A stretch of DNA of 63,730 nt, filler included, from Octopus bimaculoides (GCF_001194135.2; 4 parts of 4 records of this genome joined end to end with filler, not necessarily neighbours in it); one strand, 5' to 3'. Counted from the first letter of the whole stretch, positions 40,964-55,067 are shown. Program-made: numbers and translations. Notes: a model not told the origin generated them from the letters alone.

Positions 40964-41849
40964 TATACATATATATTATATTGTGTATGTGTGTGTGTGT
41001 CTGTGCGTTTGTGTGCATGTGTTTGAGTTTGTGTGTGTATGAGTGTTTGTGTTGCTGTCTCTCATTTATATCTTTGCTTTTCTCCCGAAGAAGGGCTGTG
41101 TCCGAAACCATGAACTTTCCACTCCTTACGGTTCAATGTAATGCTTTTATCGATTTTACTACGTAGTATATATTTTGCCAACGCAGAGAGACACCAGCCT
41201 CATTGGAGTTTTTTTGATCAAGTATGTATATATGTGCTTATATATATGCATGTATTTATGCATGTACGTATGTATGTATGTATGTATGTATGTATGTATG
41301 TATGTATGTATGAACAACTTTTGACTATGCCATGCTGAAAACAGAATTGCAGGTAATCTTATTCTTTTCACTCGTATGGCCAAATTGTCACCGAACTACG
41401 TTCTATGAGGTGCATAATGGCTGAAAATAGACGGGGAAAATCTCACTTGGGACCAAACGGTAACAACAACAATAACAGCCGCAACAAAAACAACAACTGA
41501 CGTGATCCGAAATCAAGTTCTGCAAAGTCATCTACTCTTAAACATTTTGTGTTGATTTTATTGCTTTTTAAAAAAACTTCAATAGTTACGTTCTGTTGAG
41601 TTTTATAGCATTGCACTTTATTAGAAAGAAGAAATACCGAGCAGAAATAAAACATAACAACAATATACATATAATAACACAGAAGCAGAATAAGAACATA
41701 TATTTCAACCTGGAAATAAATACACAAGTCAAATATAAAATATAATTAATCGCGGATTAAAGTATTTTTTTTCAAAATATAAAAATAAAATGAAAATTGC
41801 ACTAGCTATAATCACAAGCCAGATTCTGTATTTTATGTAGTAAAACAAA

Positions 41850-42651
41850 GAGCAAAAACTTCTACTTTAATGCACTGATTGGCTTCCAGAAAGCTGTAAT
41901 GAACAACACCAATTGCAGACCACCAGACAGTCACCATAATCTTTTACTGATGCAACTTTGGCTTTGGGACTCATCGCGATCAAGCCATTGGCCTGATCGT
42001 TTACGGTTATCATAAAGGATCCGTTATTCAGTCAAGAAAAGTATCATTGGTGTTTCGCAGAAAGAGCATTTAGCACACTTTAAAACGCCGAACTTTTTGA
42101 TTTTCCTTGAGCTCATGCGGTACCCATTTATCGAACTTTCTCACCTTACCAGTCTTCTGCAGATTGCGTGAGACCGTTGCAATACCGACACCAATTTTCT
42201 TGAGACATTTCTCTGACACTTTGACGTGGGTTTTGTTCAACAATTGTTTTCAGTTGTTCATTGTCAAGACTGCATGACCGTCCTCTACCTTCTTCATCTT
42301 CAAGATTCTAATCATCACTACGGAATTTCTGAAACCATCTTCGTACTGTGCAATCACTTTTGGACCCCTCTCCCTATGTTCTGTTGATATTGGAAGCAGT
42401 TTGGAAGGCATCGAGCCCAAGCTTGAACTCATGCAAGAAAAGTAAGCGAAGGTCCCTTTTTGTCATGTTCATAATTAAGGGTGTCTTTGATTCAAGAATG
42501 TTTTCTGTCTGAAATAAGCGGAAAATTATTAAAGAGCATACATCAACTATTAAGTATGTCGAAATTCACTTAAAATATAATCAAAATACTATGATAAAAT
42601 TGCGTTTCAAAACACACTTAGAGCGGCCATTATTTTCGGAACAGCCTAATA
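41850..42651 (-). mobile_element. Mariner transposon, 5' two-thirds (TIR plus pseudogenised transposase)
   Basis: TIR TA|TTAGGCTGTTCCGAAAATAATGGCCGC at about 42622-42651. ATG at 42472 gives MNMTKRDLRLLFLHEFKLGLDAFQTASNIN..VRRWFQKFRS..LEDEEGRGRS..QLKTIVEQNPRQSVRE..DKWVPHELKENQK..LYDNRKRSGQWLD..KIMVTVWWSAIGVVHY. Confidence 0.9.
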
Positions 42652-42782
42652 TCTAGGCCAAATGAAAGAGAATCATGGAAAAATGGCATGATATGAAATT
42701 AAAGAAATTCAACTAAATAAAAAAAAACAACATAAAATATTCTCTATAGCTTCTTCACCATCTGCTGGAGTGGCTTTTCGCA

Positions 42783-43287
42783 GAATTCTGGTTTAAATAC
42801 CCCATATAAGCCTTCCTAACATTTTTCTTATTTTTTGGAATTTTCAAAAAATATTTGAGAATTTGTGTTCTACAAACGGGAATTCATACGACTATGCAAA
42901 AAATAAAATTTAACTTTTCGAAATTAAAAAGAAAATTTTTGTTTTTAATTTTCCAAATTTTTTTTTTTAATCTGTTTAAAATGGGGACAGTCCGAATTTT
43001 TAGCTTAAATCCCAACAATGGACCATTAGATGTATTTATGGGGTGAAAAATACTGAAAACATCAATACATCAGAGTGACAAACAAACGAGGAGGGTATCA
43101 GATGATCGTAAGATGCGTTAAAAATAACAGCTAAATAGCGCGTAAATCACACAAAATATTTTTTGGGTGATTTTTCATAGTCATATGAAATTCACGTGTG
43201 TAGAACACAAAATCGCCAGAGTTTTCTGAAAATTCCAAAAACTAAAAATGTTATGAGAGGTTATATGGGGTGCTTGAAGCAGAATTC
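42783..43287. mobile_element. Foldback/MITE-like element with about 120-bp imperfect inverted repeats
   Basis: 42783-42904 (gaattctg..accccatataa..tttttggaattttca..ttgtgttctaca.acg.gaatt.catacgactatg) is the reverse complement of 43170-43287. Confidence 0.75.
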
Positions 43288-44092
43288 CACTTGGCTCTCT
43301 TCCTGCTACATTTATGCACCATGTAGTTATAGACAAGAAATTATTGAAATTAGTCATTACTCATTTTGCCCCAATTTAGACATAATTTGGAACTTGAAAT
43401 TCGTGGGGAAAAATTTATGTGCAGTACAACAAAGAAAAGAATATTGCTTGTTAAACACCAAAAGCTAACTAGATATGTTTTTAGTAACCTCCATTACAAT
43501 CGGGTCGAAGTTGAGGAAACATTTGACTAAAAAGTGCCTGTTGTCTGTTTCAAACTCTCTCAACTGCAACAACAGCTATGGTAACTAATGTTTACTTCCA
43601 AAGATGATGCAACAGTACAAAACGGTGTTTCAATATTTGCAATGTAATAATTTCAAGCAGGTAGTAGTAGGAAAATAATAATAAATTCGTAATTACTCAT
43701 TTTGCCCCACACCTCTGTAGTTATTTCAAGTATTTGACAAAATGGTGAAAAATATTGAAGAAAGAAAGAAGGCGATTCGACTTAATGAAAAACATGTGAA
43801 CATAAAAGCAATAATTCTAAAGCCGAAGATAATACATTGAGCTGTTGAGGGACATAATTTGATTACTGAAACAAAATTCAAAATTTTAATATTCTAACAT
43901 TCCTTACTTATTCTTTCGTAAAATAAGACCAGTTTTCAAAGCCACACTGAAATAATGAAGTTTACAAGTGACAATATAAGTGACAATATATATCTTTTAA
44001 TCGTTGGTGATATCCTGTTCTTATTGTGTATTTTATGGCTATTTTTCCTGTACTCTGTTTTTCTTCGCTCGTTGGTGAAGTCTTGTACTTTA

Positions 44093-44145
<53 letters not shown>

Positions 44146-44633
44146 TAAATTCAATAAAATGAAGTAAGTATGTGATGCAGATACAGTTGCTTGGTTAATA
44201 ATTTCGCCTAATAACCAAGTGATTAGAAGTTTTATACGACTTTCAAAAGCTCATCCTATACGTGTTCATATATACATGTGAATGTGTATGTGTGTGTGCG
44301 TGTGTGTTAGTATGTGTGCGTGTGCACGCTTTTGCATGAGCGTGCTTTTGCCTGTGCATGCTTGTGCGTGCATGTTTGTGTGTTTTGTGTGTACGCTGAT
44401 GTAAACTCGGTGTGTAGTGTTGCACCCCTTTATGTGAAAGGAAACAGAATTAACTTAGCGGTTCGACAAAAGGTGAGTATAAAATAAGCATCACACAGAA
44501 AGTCGATATTCATGAGTCTGTCAATTCGATCGACTACCTACAACCCGCCAATGGCTGGTCTTGTGCCTATGTTGTAAATCAATATGTCTGCCGTTGCTAT
44601 GTATTAGAAGCAACACTCGAAGAACAAACAAAT

Positions 44634-44696
<63 letters not shown>

Positions 44697-45487
44697 TGTT
44701 ATTGTTGTTGTTGTAAGTGAAAGAGAGCAGCGCCATTCTACAATGTCATAACTCAACCTTTTCTTTTCTTTTTCAAAAGATGTAAGACGTTCGTACGGAG
44801 CAGGGAGAGTTCTATTTCCTTCCTCTACCGTATCACCATAATATTAAAAGTGGCAGAAATTACAATCTCCAGATTATTGAATCATTAAGACAATGATACA
44901 TAATACACACTACATTACCATTATATCACACTGTTGTTGTTCTATGTAGTTTTCCAAGGATGTTTATTAACTCGTTGCTTTCTTTTCATCATATTCGGAC
45001 TCTAATGGGTATAAAAATTCAGTTTTTTCCCCTCCGTTCGTTTCCATTAAAATGCTAAAGCTCGTTGCAAGCCGTCTTACTAATGGACCTGCGCACACAT
45101 ACTTACATGTCGCTTTCTTCTTGTCTCTGTCTCTGTCTCTCTTTTCCTTTCAATATATACATATATGTATGTACCTATGTATCTTTGTATCAATGTGTAT
45201 ACGTGTGTGTCTGCATATGTGTGTGTGCATATATTTATTTATTTATTTATATATTACGAATAATAGTATACCCAACCCATAATATAATGCACTTAAAAGA
45301 ACAAAAAGCATATATGTGTGTGTGTATGTGTGTGTGTGAGTGTGTGTGTGTGTGCGTGTGCATGCGTGTTCGTGTGTGTATGCAATATGCACACACAGGC
45401 TAACATATACGGAGACACTCATAGCCGCATACGCAGACACAATCGATATACAAAGATGGAGATTTTATCAGACTAAATAAAAATAAC

Positions 45488-45519
<32 letters not shown>

Positions 45520-45565
45520 CAACTGAAGTATCAACATCAATGATACTAATGTGTGTCTGTACGCT

Positions 45566-45635
<70 letters not shown>

Positions 45636-46620
45636 TGTACGCCCGTATGTATGCATGCAGGCAGGCATGTATGTATATATGTGAATATTATTTTTTTGTG
45701 TATGTCAAAATTACGAAACAATTGAAGACAGTACAGGACAACTTCTTAGAACTACTCACAGAAAAGAAAAAAATATATAATACACGGCAGCCTGACCAAT
45801 GAGTCAGGTATACTTTCTTTCCACAGTTGTTCTCCATCAATCTATAGGCGCATGTCTGTTCACTTGGGCCTTATCGCTGTTCTCAATAACCTTTCAACAA
45901 ATTTGTGTGAGGCAGCACTTTCTTCTTCACCAGAAATTGATGTGAACCTGGCCAAAGAGGAAGGTATGTCTTCCGCCAAAGCTTATTAGACGTAAAATCT
46001 TTCTGACAGAGAAAATCTTCACAATGGACTCAGATGATAGCCGGATCTGTTCTGCATGTCATGGCAGTTGTTCGACCAATCTCCATGCTACTGAATGATT
46101 TCGTTAGATGGTCATTCACCCTAACCATCGAGCAGATGACGGTGTGCATTGAGCCTGTCCAGACATGATGACGGGTCCGATATCAGTTGCTTTGAGAAGA
46201 GCCATCGTGTATTAGAGGTTGACCCAATCAATAGCTGTCGATTGATCTAAGATGCATTGGGTTTTACCTGTGCTAGATATATCATCATTGTTATTTAGTC
46301 CTAATTTCAGTCATGAATGAGTAGATCTACGGAGAAGAACACTACTCCCATGGACCAATCCTTCTTTCTCTCGTAAAATTTCTATCTACAGTGGGAAAGA
46401 TATAGTCTTTTTTTTTTTAATCGATCTCTCTACATGAGTAGTACTATATTTTTAACAGCCCTGGAGTAAAGATATGGAGCATAGTTGGCACTAATGGTAT
46501 AATTATCGCAAATAATTTTGCACTCCACTTCCCTACAATTAGCAACAACAACATCATCATCAACAACAACAATAACAATAACAACAACAACAACAACAAC
46601 AACAATAATAATAATAATGT

Positions 46621-46829
46621 TTTCTACTATAGGCACAAGGCTTGAAGTTTGGGGGAAGGGATTAAGTCGATTACATCGCCTTAGTGCGTAACTGGTACTT
46701 ATTTAATCGACCCTCAAAGGATGAATGGCAAAGTCGACCTCGGTGGAATTTGAACTCAGAATGGAGCGACGGGCAAAATACTGCTAGGCATTTCATCCAG
46801 CATGCTAACGATTCTGCCAGCTCGCTGCC

Positions 46830-46830
<1 letters not shown>
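46621..46830 (-). mobile_element. Full-length OK-like tRNA-derived SINE with triplet repeats on both sides
   Basis: Minus strand head aaggcagcgagctggcagaatcgttagcatgc, B-box gagttcaaattcc, tail ccttgtgcctatagtagaaa. Confidence 0.85.
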
Positions 46831-46928
<98 letters not shown>

Positions 46929-46936
46929 GTAGTAGT
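46830..46936 (+). repeat. (TAA)n(TAG)n microsatellite; further triplet arrays at 20915-21075, 27130-27210, 27350-27458, 37720-37808, 38200-38270, 44637-44715, 48665-48752 and 55625-55765
   Basis: Directly visible. Confidence 0.95.
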
Positions 46937-46938
46937 AA

Positions 46939-47445
46939 ATGCCCGGATGCAATACCAGGCAGTGGCTATGCCCGGATGCAGTACCAGGCAGTGGCTCTCA
47001 TGGCTTCTGATCTTAATTGATTGGAAGTGTTATCACGTACATTGTTTTGTTTTGGTTTAAAAGATGGGCTACCGCAAATATTCTGCTCAATGCCACAAAT
47101 TTGCTTGTCAGTTGTTTGACCTTAACCAGTTGATCATGTCCCTTAGTAGCTGACGGTATGTGCATCTCTGATCATGAGGAGAAGTAGTGGGGGAGCATCA
47201 TAGCCATGTGTTGAAAGGAATTCTTTGGGGTTTGGATAATTCACCTTTGGAAACATAAATGTTTCATTAAACATCTTTAAACGACCCTTATTCAGAGACC
47301 TTTTGAGCGGGATGGGCTACTCGACCTGAAGAAAATTCTAACTGCCCCCAAAACCACCACCACCACCATCACTTGCAAGGTCATGCGCTGTTTATCTTGG
47401 TATGAGTTCACTATGTCGCGCACATACGGTTCTGATGCATGGTTG
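46939..47445. mobile_element. Non-autonomous interspersed repeat abutting (TAA)n, with a terminal 29-bp tandem duplication
   Basis: atgcccggatgca(a/g)taccaggcagtggct occurs twice (46939-46967 and 46968-46996), followed by a body recalled as a frequent octopus repeat. Unclassified. Confidence 0.5.
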
Positions 47446-47875
47446 AGAACAATAAAGATAAGACCTGCAAATTAATTGATATACCACCAGATATATGAAT
47501 AAAAGATTGATTTTTTATAAAGTCATCATAGAGGCCTTAAAGGCGTGATAAATATGGGTATGGTAATGAACTTAGCAACATACCAAAAGAACCATATTTC
47601 CGAGAAATTAAAAAATACCGACTAGTACTGCATACATACTGTGAAGAGCCGTCTCACTTTAACTAAGATTTGGCATGTACCCAAAATGTTTGTTTTACAT
47701 TAAATTTAAAGTATATTCACATCACTATAAACCCAAACATTCAGTGTACTATTGTATGTTTTCAATTTTATATACTTTCATGTTTACACATTACACTTTA
47801 ATGTTATGTTTATATCAAAAACATTTTACATTACATATGTACCAAAAACTTTTGCTTTTATTCTTATAACTTTTA

Positions 47876-48030
47876 TACGAGGGAGTACCCAAAAGAAACC
47901 GGAATTTTGCAATATTATTTTATTCACTTTTACATGTTTACACTTTTATTGCCCTATTCTCCATTTGAAGCAATCCATCGGTCCAGACGCGTTTTCCACT
48001 GTGAGAAGGAATCCTGGAACTCTCGCATGC
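47876..48030 (-). mobile_element. Mariner 3' end fragment
   Basis: Minus strand REFQDSFSQWKTRLDRWIASNGE* is the mariner C-terminal motif. TIR TA|CGAGGGAGTACCCAAAAGAAACCGGAAT. Confidence 0.75.
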
Positions 48031-48660
48031 ACTGAAAACAGACATAAAGGCTTGTATCTAAAACACTAGTCTCGCTGCTGGCTATCGTATCTATATCTAG
48101 TGAGCTGCTGACTTTGCTTCCAAGTTGACCCCATAGACCACATGCAATTACACTGCCTATTCTAAGCAAATCTACGTTTGACAAGAGGGAATGAGAAAAA
48201 AAAGATCGCTTTATACGTCAAAAGGGGTAGGTGCCTTGGGTAATTTCCACGAGTAGTTCTTTTCTATATAATTTTTGTCCCTTAAGGTCTCTCACTATCT
48301 TGGGATATTCATTGTCTAAAATGTTGTATGCGTGTCGCGAAATTTGAATTATTTTTATGTGTAGTGAAATGCTATTGGTAAATTTAATGTTGATATTGAG
48401 TGTGGCGCTTATGTTTTGTTATATGTAATCTGTTAGTTTTTACATTGATTATGTTTATAGTGTAATTCTATCTCATATAACACATTATAATATTGTCTAA
48501 TATTCTGTCTACAGAGTGTCTATTAGGAAATTTCTTACAGGCTTATTCAATGTACATAACTTTGTAATTCCTGTTAGCAAATGAAACATGTGTAACGGTG
48601 AATAAACAATCCCCAAAATGTTTTTCCAACATCGTGCTTTCATATATATATAAAATACAC

Positions 48661-48698
<38 letters not shown>

Positions 48699-48710
48699 TG
48701 CAGCAGCAGC

Positions 48711-48753
<43 letters not shown>

Positions 48754-49093
48754 CTTTATGATAATACAAGCAATAAAGATGCAAAGTTTTAACGAAAAGT
48801 ACTAAAACAAAACAAGAAAAAAATTATCAATGATTAACTACAAAATTTTATTGCAAGTACTGACTTATCAAAGATCGTTTACTCAACTGGCTTGAAATAG
48901 CAATCAAATCGTGTTTTCATGTGCTTTTATGCATATATGTTTATACTTAAATACATACATACATACATACATACATACATACGTTCATACATACATGTAT
49001 GTGTATGTACATATATATATATATGTATATAAATATATATATATATATGGATATATTTATATATATATGTACATACACACACACACGCACACA

Positions 49094-49152
<59 letters not shown>

Positions 49153-49436
49153 TTCTCTCCTTTCCCTCCCTTCTCTCGCTCTCTCCCGCTCTCTCTCATA
49201 TTTATCTCATATCTCATATACATATATANNNNNNNNNNNNNNNNNNNNNNNNNNNNNNNNNNNNNNNNNNNNNNNNNNNNNNNNNNNNNNNNNNNNNNNN
49301 NNNNNNNNNNNNNNNNNNNNNNNNNNNNNNNNNNNNNNNNNNNNNNNNNNNNNNNNNNNNNNNNNNNNNNNNNNNNNNNNNNNNNNCTTGGTTTGTGTTT
49401 GCCACCTTGGAATCCTCTGTGTAGTGGGTTGATCCA

Positions 49437-49514
49437 CTACTCAGGAAGAGACTATTCTAGAGTACGTTCTGTCTTATCTTCGAAACGTCTAGATAGAATA
49501 GAGACAGCTGATGA
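49437..49514 (+). ncRNA. Hammerhead-like motif cluster (candidate)
   Basis: CTA-CTCAGGA..CTTC-GAAAC-GTC-TAG (G5 replaced by C, 3-bp stem I, palindromic ACGT), then a second core CTGATGA at 49508-49514. Confidence 0.3.
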
Positions 49515-51218
49515 AGGGATATTCCAAGTGGCTTTCCGTTTTCCTATATGTTCGTTCCGTTGTCTGTAGTTTATTGTTCTAACGTCCTGTACCCTGATAT
49601 GCATGTATATACACATGTAGATGTAAGTATGTACATATATGTGTGTATACATGTATATATATTCTTTGTATTATTATATATATATATATATATATATATG
49701 CGAGTAAAAATAAATACAAAAATGGTGGGGGTTTTTTGTATGATTGTGTATAGAGGAATATATATATATACATACAGTTTTATATGTATAATTTGTATAT
49801 ATACATTATCCATCCATCTGTCCAAACATACATACATACATACATACATGCATACATACATACATACCTGCAAACTATATACACGTGTGTATGGCATTTA
49901 TGGCATATATGTATTATAAACTCATCAATCAACGGCAGGTAAGAATATATAGAGACTCTACGATCAGAGAACGAATACGCATTATACGTCCTCATACATA
50001 CATTTACAAACAATATTCAAACACGTACCTCTGTGTGTCATATATATGCACGTGTGTGTGTGTGTGTGTGTGATTGTGTGTGTGTGTGCGTGTATGTGTG
50101 TGTGTATGTGTGTGTGTGTGCGTGCGTGTGTGTGTGTGTGCATATATACGGCAATATCACTACCATCCTCAGCATCACTTACATCGTTGTTTGCCAGTAA
50201 CACCATTAAAACAACACCACACAAAATAACATTATTTCACCTGTCTCTTAATATAACACACACGCATGTACTCACACATACAGACACACACATACACACG
50301 CACTAACACACACACACAAATCTATCTCTATATATATGTATATATGCATATATATACATATACATATACATACATATATATATATATATATATAAACATA
50401 TATATATANNNNNNNNNNNNNNNNNNNNNNNNNNNNNNNNNNNNNNNNNNNNTTAATTAATTAANNNNNNNNNNNNNNNNNNNNNNNNNNNNNNNNNNNN
50501 NNNNNNNNTATATATATATATATATGTGTGTGTGTGTTTTTGATGTTATAATAGAAACAGTTTTACACCAGTCTGATGGGTTGCTCAATACTTTCGTAGG
50601 GCATAAATTTATTATTCTTATACAAAAATGTTGTTGACAGTGATTTCGAAGTTTCGGCCAGCTTAGCCATCGTTGTTACTTACGCCCCGTTTCGAAGTAA
50701 GTCATGTCTCACCAAACTGTTATCGCATACCTCTCAAGGAGCATCATTGATGAACGTGTGTGAGTGCATTGTTTCTAAGTGTCCACCATTCTACACGCAC
50801 ATACATCTGCACCATGTATGTAAATACATAGGTACTGATGACTATAAATGCGCAATTGTATGCCATGTACATGTACATGTACACTGAGTGTGGTTGTCAT
50901 ATGGGTAGAAGAAAACGCTGCTATTTGTAAGGAGATCATGTAGACTTATGCCTGTGTGTGTAATTGTGCCTGAAATTACGGATGTTGGTAGATTACTTAA
51001 AAATCGTACGTATGTATGTCTGTACGTCTGACCTCATAAGCGAGTGTGTGTGTGGGTTTGTGTGTTGAAATACGGCAGTTAACAAGTTAATTTGAATAAA
51101 ACCTATTTATCTGTGTTTTAAGACATGAATATGTATATGCATGTGATTAGATATGACTGTATATCGTTATGGATAAGTTCATTACACTTATTCCCCTTTA
51201 TTTCCTCTTCATCTCCGA

Positions 51219-51253
<35 letters not shown>

Positions 51254-52019
51254 TCCTCCTAATTTCTCTCTTCCATCTCTTCCCTGCTTCATCATTTTCG
51301 GAAACAACTTCCTTTTACATTTTCTATCAATTTCATTTTTTACCATTTCTAAATTCACATAGACTAAGGGCAAAGAAACATCTGTTTCACTCTTCCAGAA
51401 TAACTTGCACCAATAGCATCACAATTCTTCTTTGAAAGATTTACTAAAGGTGGGGGCGGATGGGGGAGAAAAATTACTCTTAAAAATATTTTGCTGTCGC
51501 TAAGAGTCACTAATTACCATGGATTCTATTTCCTACACTAACACACACACACACACCCATATGTATACATATACGTAACATACATATATGGTTATAAACA
51601 TATTCGGGGCCGAAACTTCGCAAATCATTGTTCCGTGTTTCTCTTAAATAATCTTCAGGTGATTATGTAAAAAAAAAAATATTAGATATAAATATTTAAC
51701 TACGATATCCAAACATTTTCACGGTAATATACTACATAACTCAGTGTCCTATTTGCTCACAATCGTCCAAAGATCGATATGGTGAAACTCAGAGTAACGA
51801 ACATACTACTTTTCTGCTGCCATTATGAAACTCAGACTCCAGTATTGAGTACTCCCTTTTCTTCCTAATTTTACACTTGCTTATCTCTCTCTCTACATAT
51901 ACATACACCCACATATATAATTATATACATACATATACACATACATAATACACAAACATACACTTTACATAGTGTTCATTATATATCTACTGAACACAAT
52001 GTAAAATGTATATCTACAC

Positions 52020-52055
<36 letters not shown>

Positions 52056-52124
52056 ACGTCTGTATATGTATATAAGGCATACAAAAAAAATCATAAAATG
52101 TGTATATATGTATGTATATACACA

Positions 52125-52158
<34 letters not shown>

Positions 52159-52585
52159 GCAACGATCACTTTCGTATACACGGTAGTGTATTATAAGAGC
52201 TGTTTCCTCGTATATAATTATATATAAGTTATAAAGATCAATAACCTTATTTCAAAATATTCTTATCTCCTCTTCCATCAGTCAGTTTTTTTACTTGCTC
52301 TCTGTACTCCGAGATGGCGGATATTTAGCAGGTTAGTACAATTAAAAAAAATATATATATATTTATTTTGCACGGTTGTAGGTTTATATGGATTTGTGTG
52401 TGGCTGTTGTATGTATATGTCTATGAGTGTGTGTATGCGTGGGTGCGTGCCTATGCATGCTTGTATTTTTTTTAGATGTTATAAGCAATATTGTTTATTC
52501 AGTAACTGTTACATCTTATTTCAAATGACAGATAATTGTATATATGACAATGACCGCTAATTGTATGTATATGTACACAGTTATA

Positions 52586-53424
52586 TATGCATGGTCTGAT
52601 CAATAAGTATCCGACTGTCGCCATAGTAACGAAGATAAAGCAGGCAAAGTAAAACCGCTTGGCACAACTTGGCCATAACCTCTGCTGTGCATGCGCACTA
52701 AGTTTTAACATTCTAGCTCATTTCCGCTATTTACAGCAGTGCTTCGAAGGACCGTGTGTAGCGTGTGATCGTCGCAATGTCCATGACAGAAATAGTTGAA
52801 CAGAGAATCTGCATCAAATTTTGCGAAAAGCTTGTCGATACCTGCTCAGAGGCCTACGCAAAGTTTTCAAAAGTTTTCATCGTCCTCGACACAATCAAGG
52901 AGATCTTGTGCAACTGAAACCTGAGTGTCCTTTTGGTCAGCTGAAAGCAGTTTTGGCACAAACTTGGCAGACATGCGTCTCATACCCAAATCTTCAGTGA
53001 TAATGGACTGAACTGAACCGTAACTAACCTGCACATCCTCTGATAACTCACGGATGGTGATTCGACGATTTCCCCTCAGAACTGCACGCACTTCTGCGAT
53101 GTTTTTCTCAGTTCTGCTGGGTGCGGGTCTCCTAGAACGTTCGTCAATATAGACATTTTTTCGGGCATCTTGGAACCGTCTTGAGTGCGGCTCATACACT
53201 CCTTCCCATGACAACTTTCTCTGTCATGGTCAATGCGACGATCGCACACTACACACGTTCCTTCGAAGCATTGTTGTAAACAGCGGTAGTGAGCTACAAG
53301 GTTAAACCTTAGTGGACATACACATCAGAGGTCAAGATCAATCTTTGTCAAGCGGCTTCATTCTGTGCGTTTTAGCTTCGTTACAATGGCAACAGTCCGG
53401 ATACTTATTGATCAGACCTATATA
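52586..53424. mobile_element. Rearranged mariner made of two inverted 5' ends
   Basis: About 215-bp inverted arms, both starting ggtctgatcaataagtatcc. The plus strand encodes MTEIVEQRICIKFCEKL.. (ATG 52783). The minus strand has ATG 53227 (MTEKV) then ..RRFQDARKNV..ERSRRP..ITIRELSEDVQVSYGSVQSIITEDLGMRRMSAKFVPKLLS..DDENF. Confidence 0.88.
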
Positions 53425-54851
53425 AAATGGGATTAATAAATCCGAGGTGGATCCTGAATTAGCACCTCTGTGAATACCAGCTAAAGAGAATGTATATGAG
53501 AGTCTGTAAGTGGACGGTTTACCTTTAAGAAAACTGTCTCGTATTTTTAAACCTGTCTGTGGGTATGGGTGTGCACACACACACATACACACTAGGTAGG
53601 GTCGAATCGCATATAAGTAAATGATTTAAATGTAACCCCATGCATGACTTCCACTACTGGATTTCATATGCATATACAAAATGTATACATGCACACACTT
53701 ATATAGAGGTATGAGTGCATCTCAATTATAACACATGAAAATACAAAGTCAGATAATGAATGTGCCAACTGTATGTTCATTTATTATATTTTTTTTTCCT
53801 CATTGATATTGTTAGAGTGAAGTATCGTCTCAGCTTCATGGAACACCGAATAATTTATTTGTCTCTGATACAATTACCAAATTGTGAACACGATTGCTGT
53901 CACATCGGAAGAATGCATGCGTATTTTTTTCCTGTTCTTTGTGTCAGCCAATGACATGTTTCATGTGCTTCTTTTATATAAATATATATATATATATTTC
54001 CCTTCTTTTAAATGTTCCTTGTTTTGTTCAGCGTCTTTCAATCAGCGTCCGAGAAAGCTGAAATTTCGTCAGTTCCCCAAGAAACACTTGAACATGAGTC
54101 CAGGTATACCATATCTATCCTATGTTAAACGCTGTTTAATCAAATTTCGTTTCGTTTAAACATGTAGAAAAAAAAAAAAATGAAATTCACTCCCGATTTC
54201 AAATTTATTTTCTTTTCGTGATGTTAATATTTTAATGACCACTTTTATTTCATGTTTTAACAAGTCATACAATCTAACGCCCGACCATTGAGAATGGCAA
54301 CTACTATTATTTTAACCACGCCAGTAGTCTTATTAGAACCTCGACATCCTTTAAAACAGAACCCAGTTATTATTATTATTATAACCTCAGTTATCTTTCC
54401 CTATAGCAATAAAACATTAATTCCCAATTATTTAAAATTGTCGGCTAATAATCCTCTGACTGTCTATCTTTAATACACAATTTGGATCTCTAACAAATAC
54501 CTAATTCTATCCGACATATTAGCTTCTGTTACAATTTATCAAACCCCGTTCCATAAAGATATCTGCTCAGTCAAGACCTGCAATATTTATTATATTCTCT
54601 CCCATAACCTATTTTATTTCGTTTTACCTTTCATCCATACATTAAAATCTGTTAACTAGATTCCCCCACCCCTACATCACCGCCACCACATTAAATTCCA
54701 TGCTCGTCCTTCGATAACATCCTATTCATTCTATCAGGATTTTTAAAATTCTCTTTTACACAATATTGTTGTTGTCATTGTAATTGTCGTTACCATCCCT
54801 GTTTAGAACCACCAAAATCATTTCTAACACGGAACTCCTAAGTTAATTTTA

Positions 54852-54903
<52 letters not shown>

Positions 54904-55067
54904 TATGCTAAATTATATTTCAATAAATCCAAGTCCTACTAGTGATGAACAGTACTTATCCTGCAAAAGATCGATCACATAATACTCACTAGTCATTTGC
55001 TGGATCGCTGCTGTCAACCATATCCCATATGTGCTAATTTGGGATTATTATCACTAATACTACCAAA

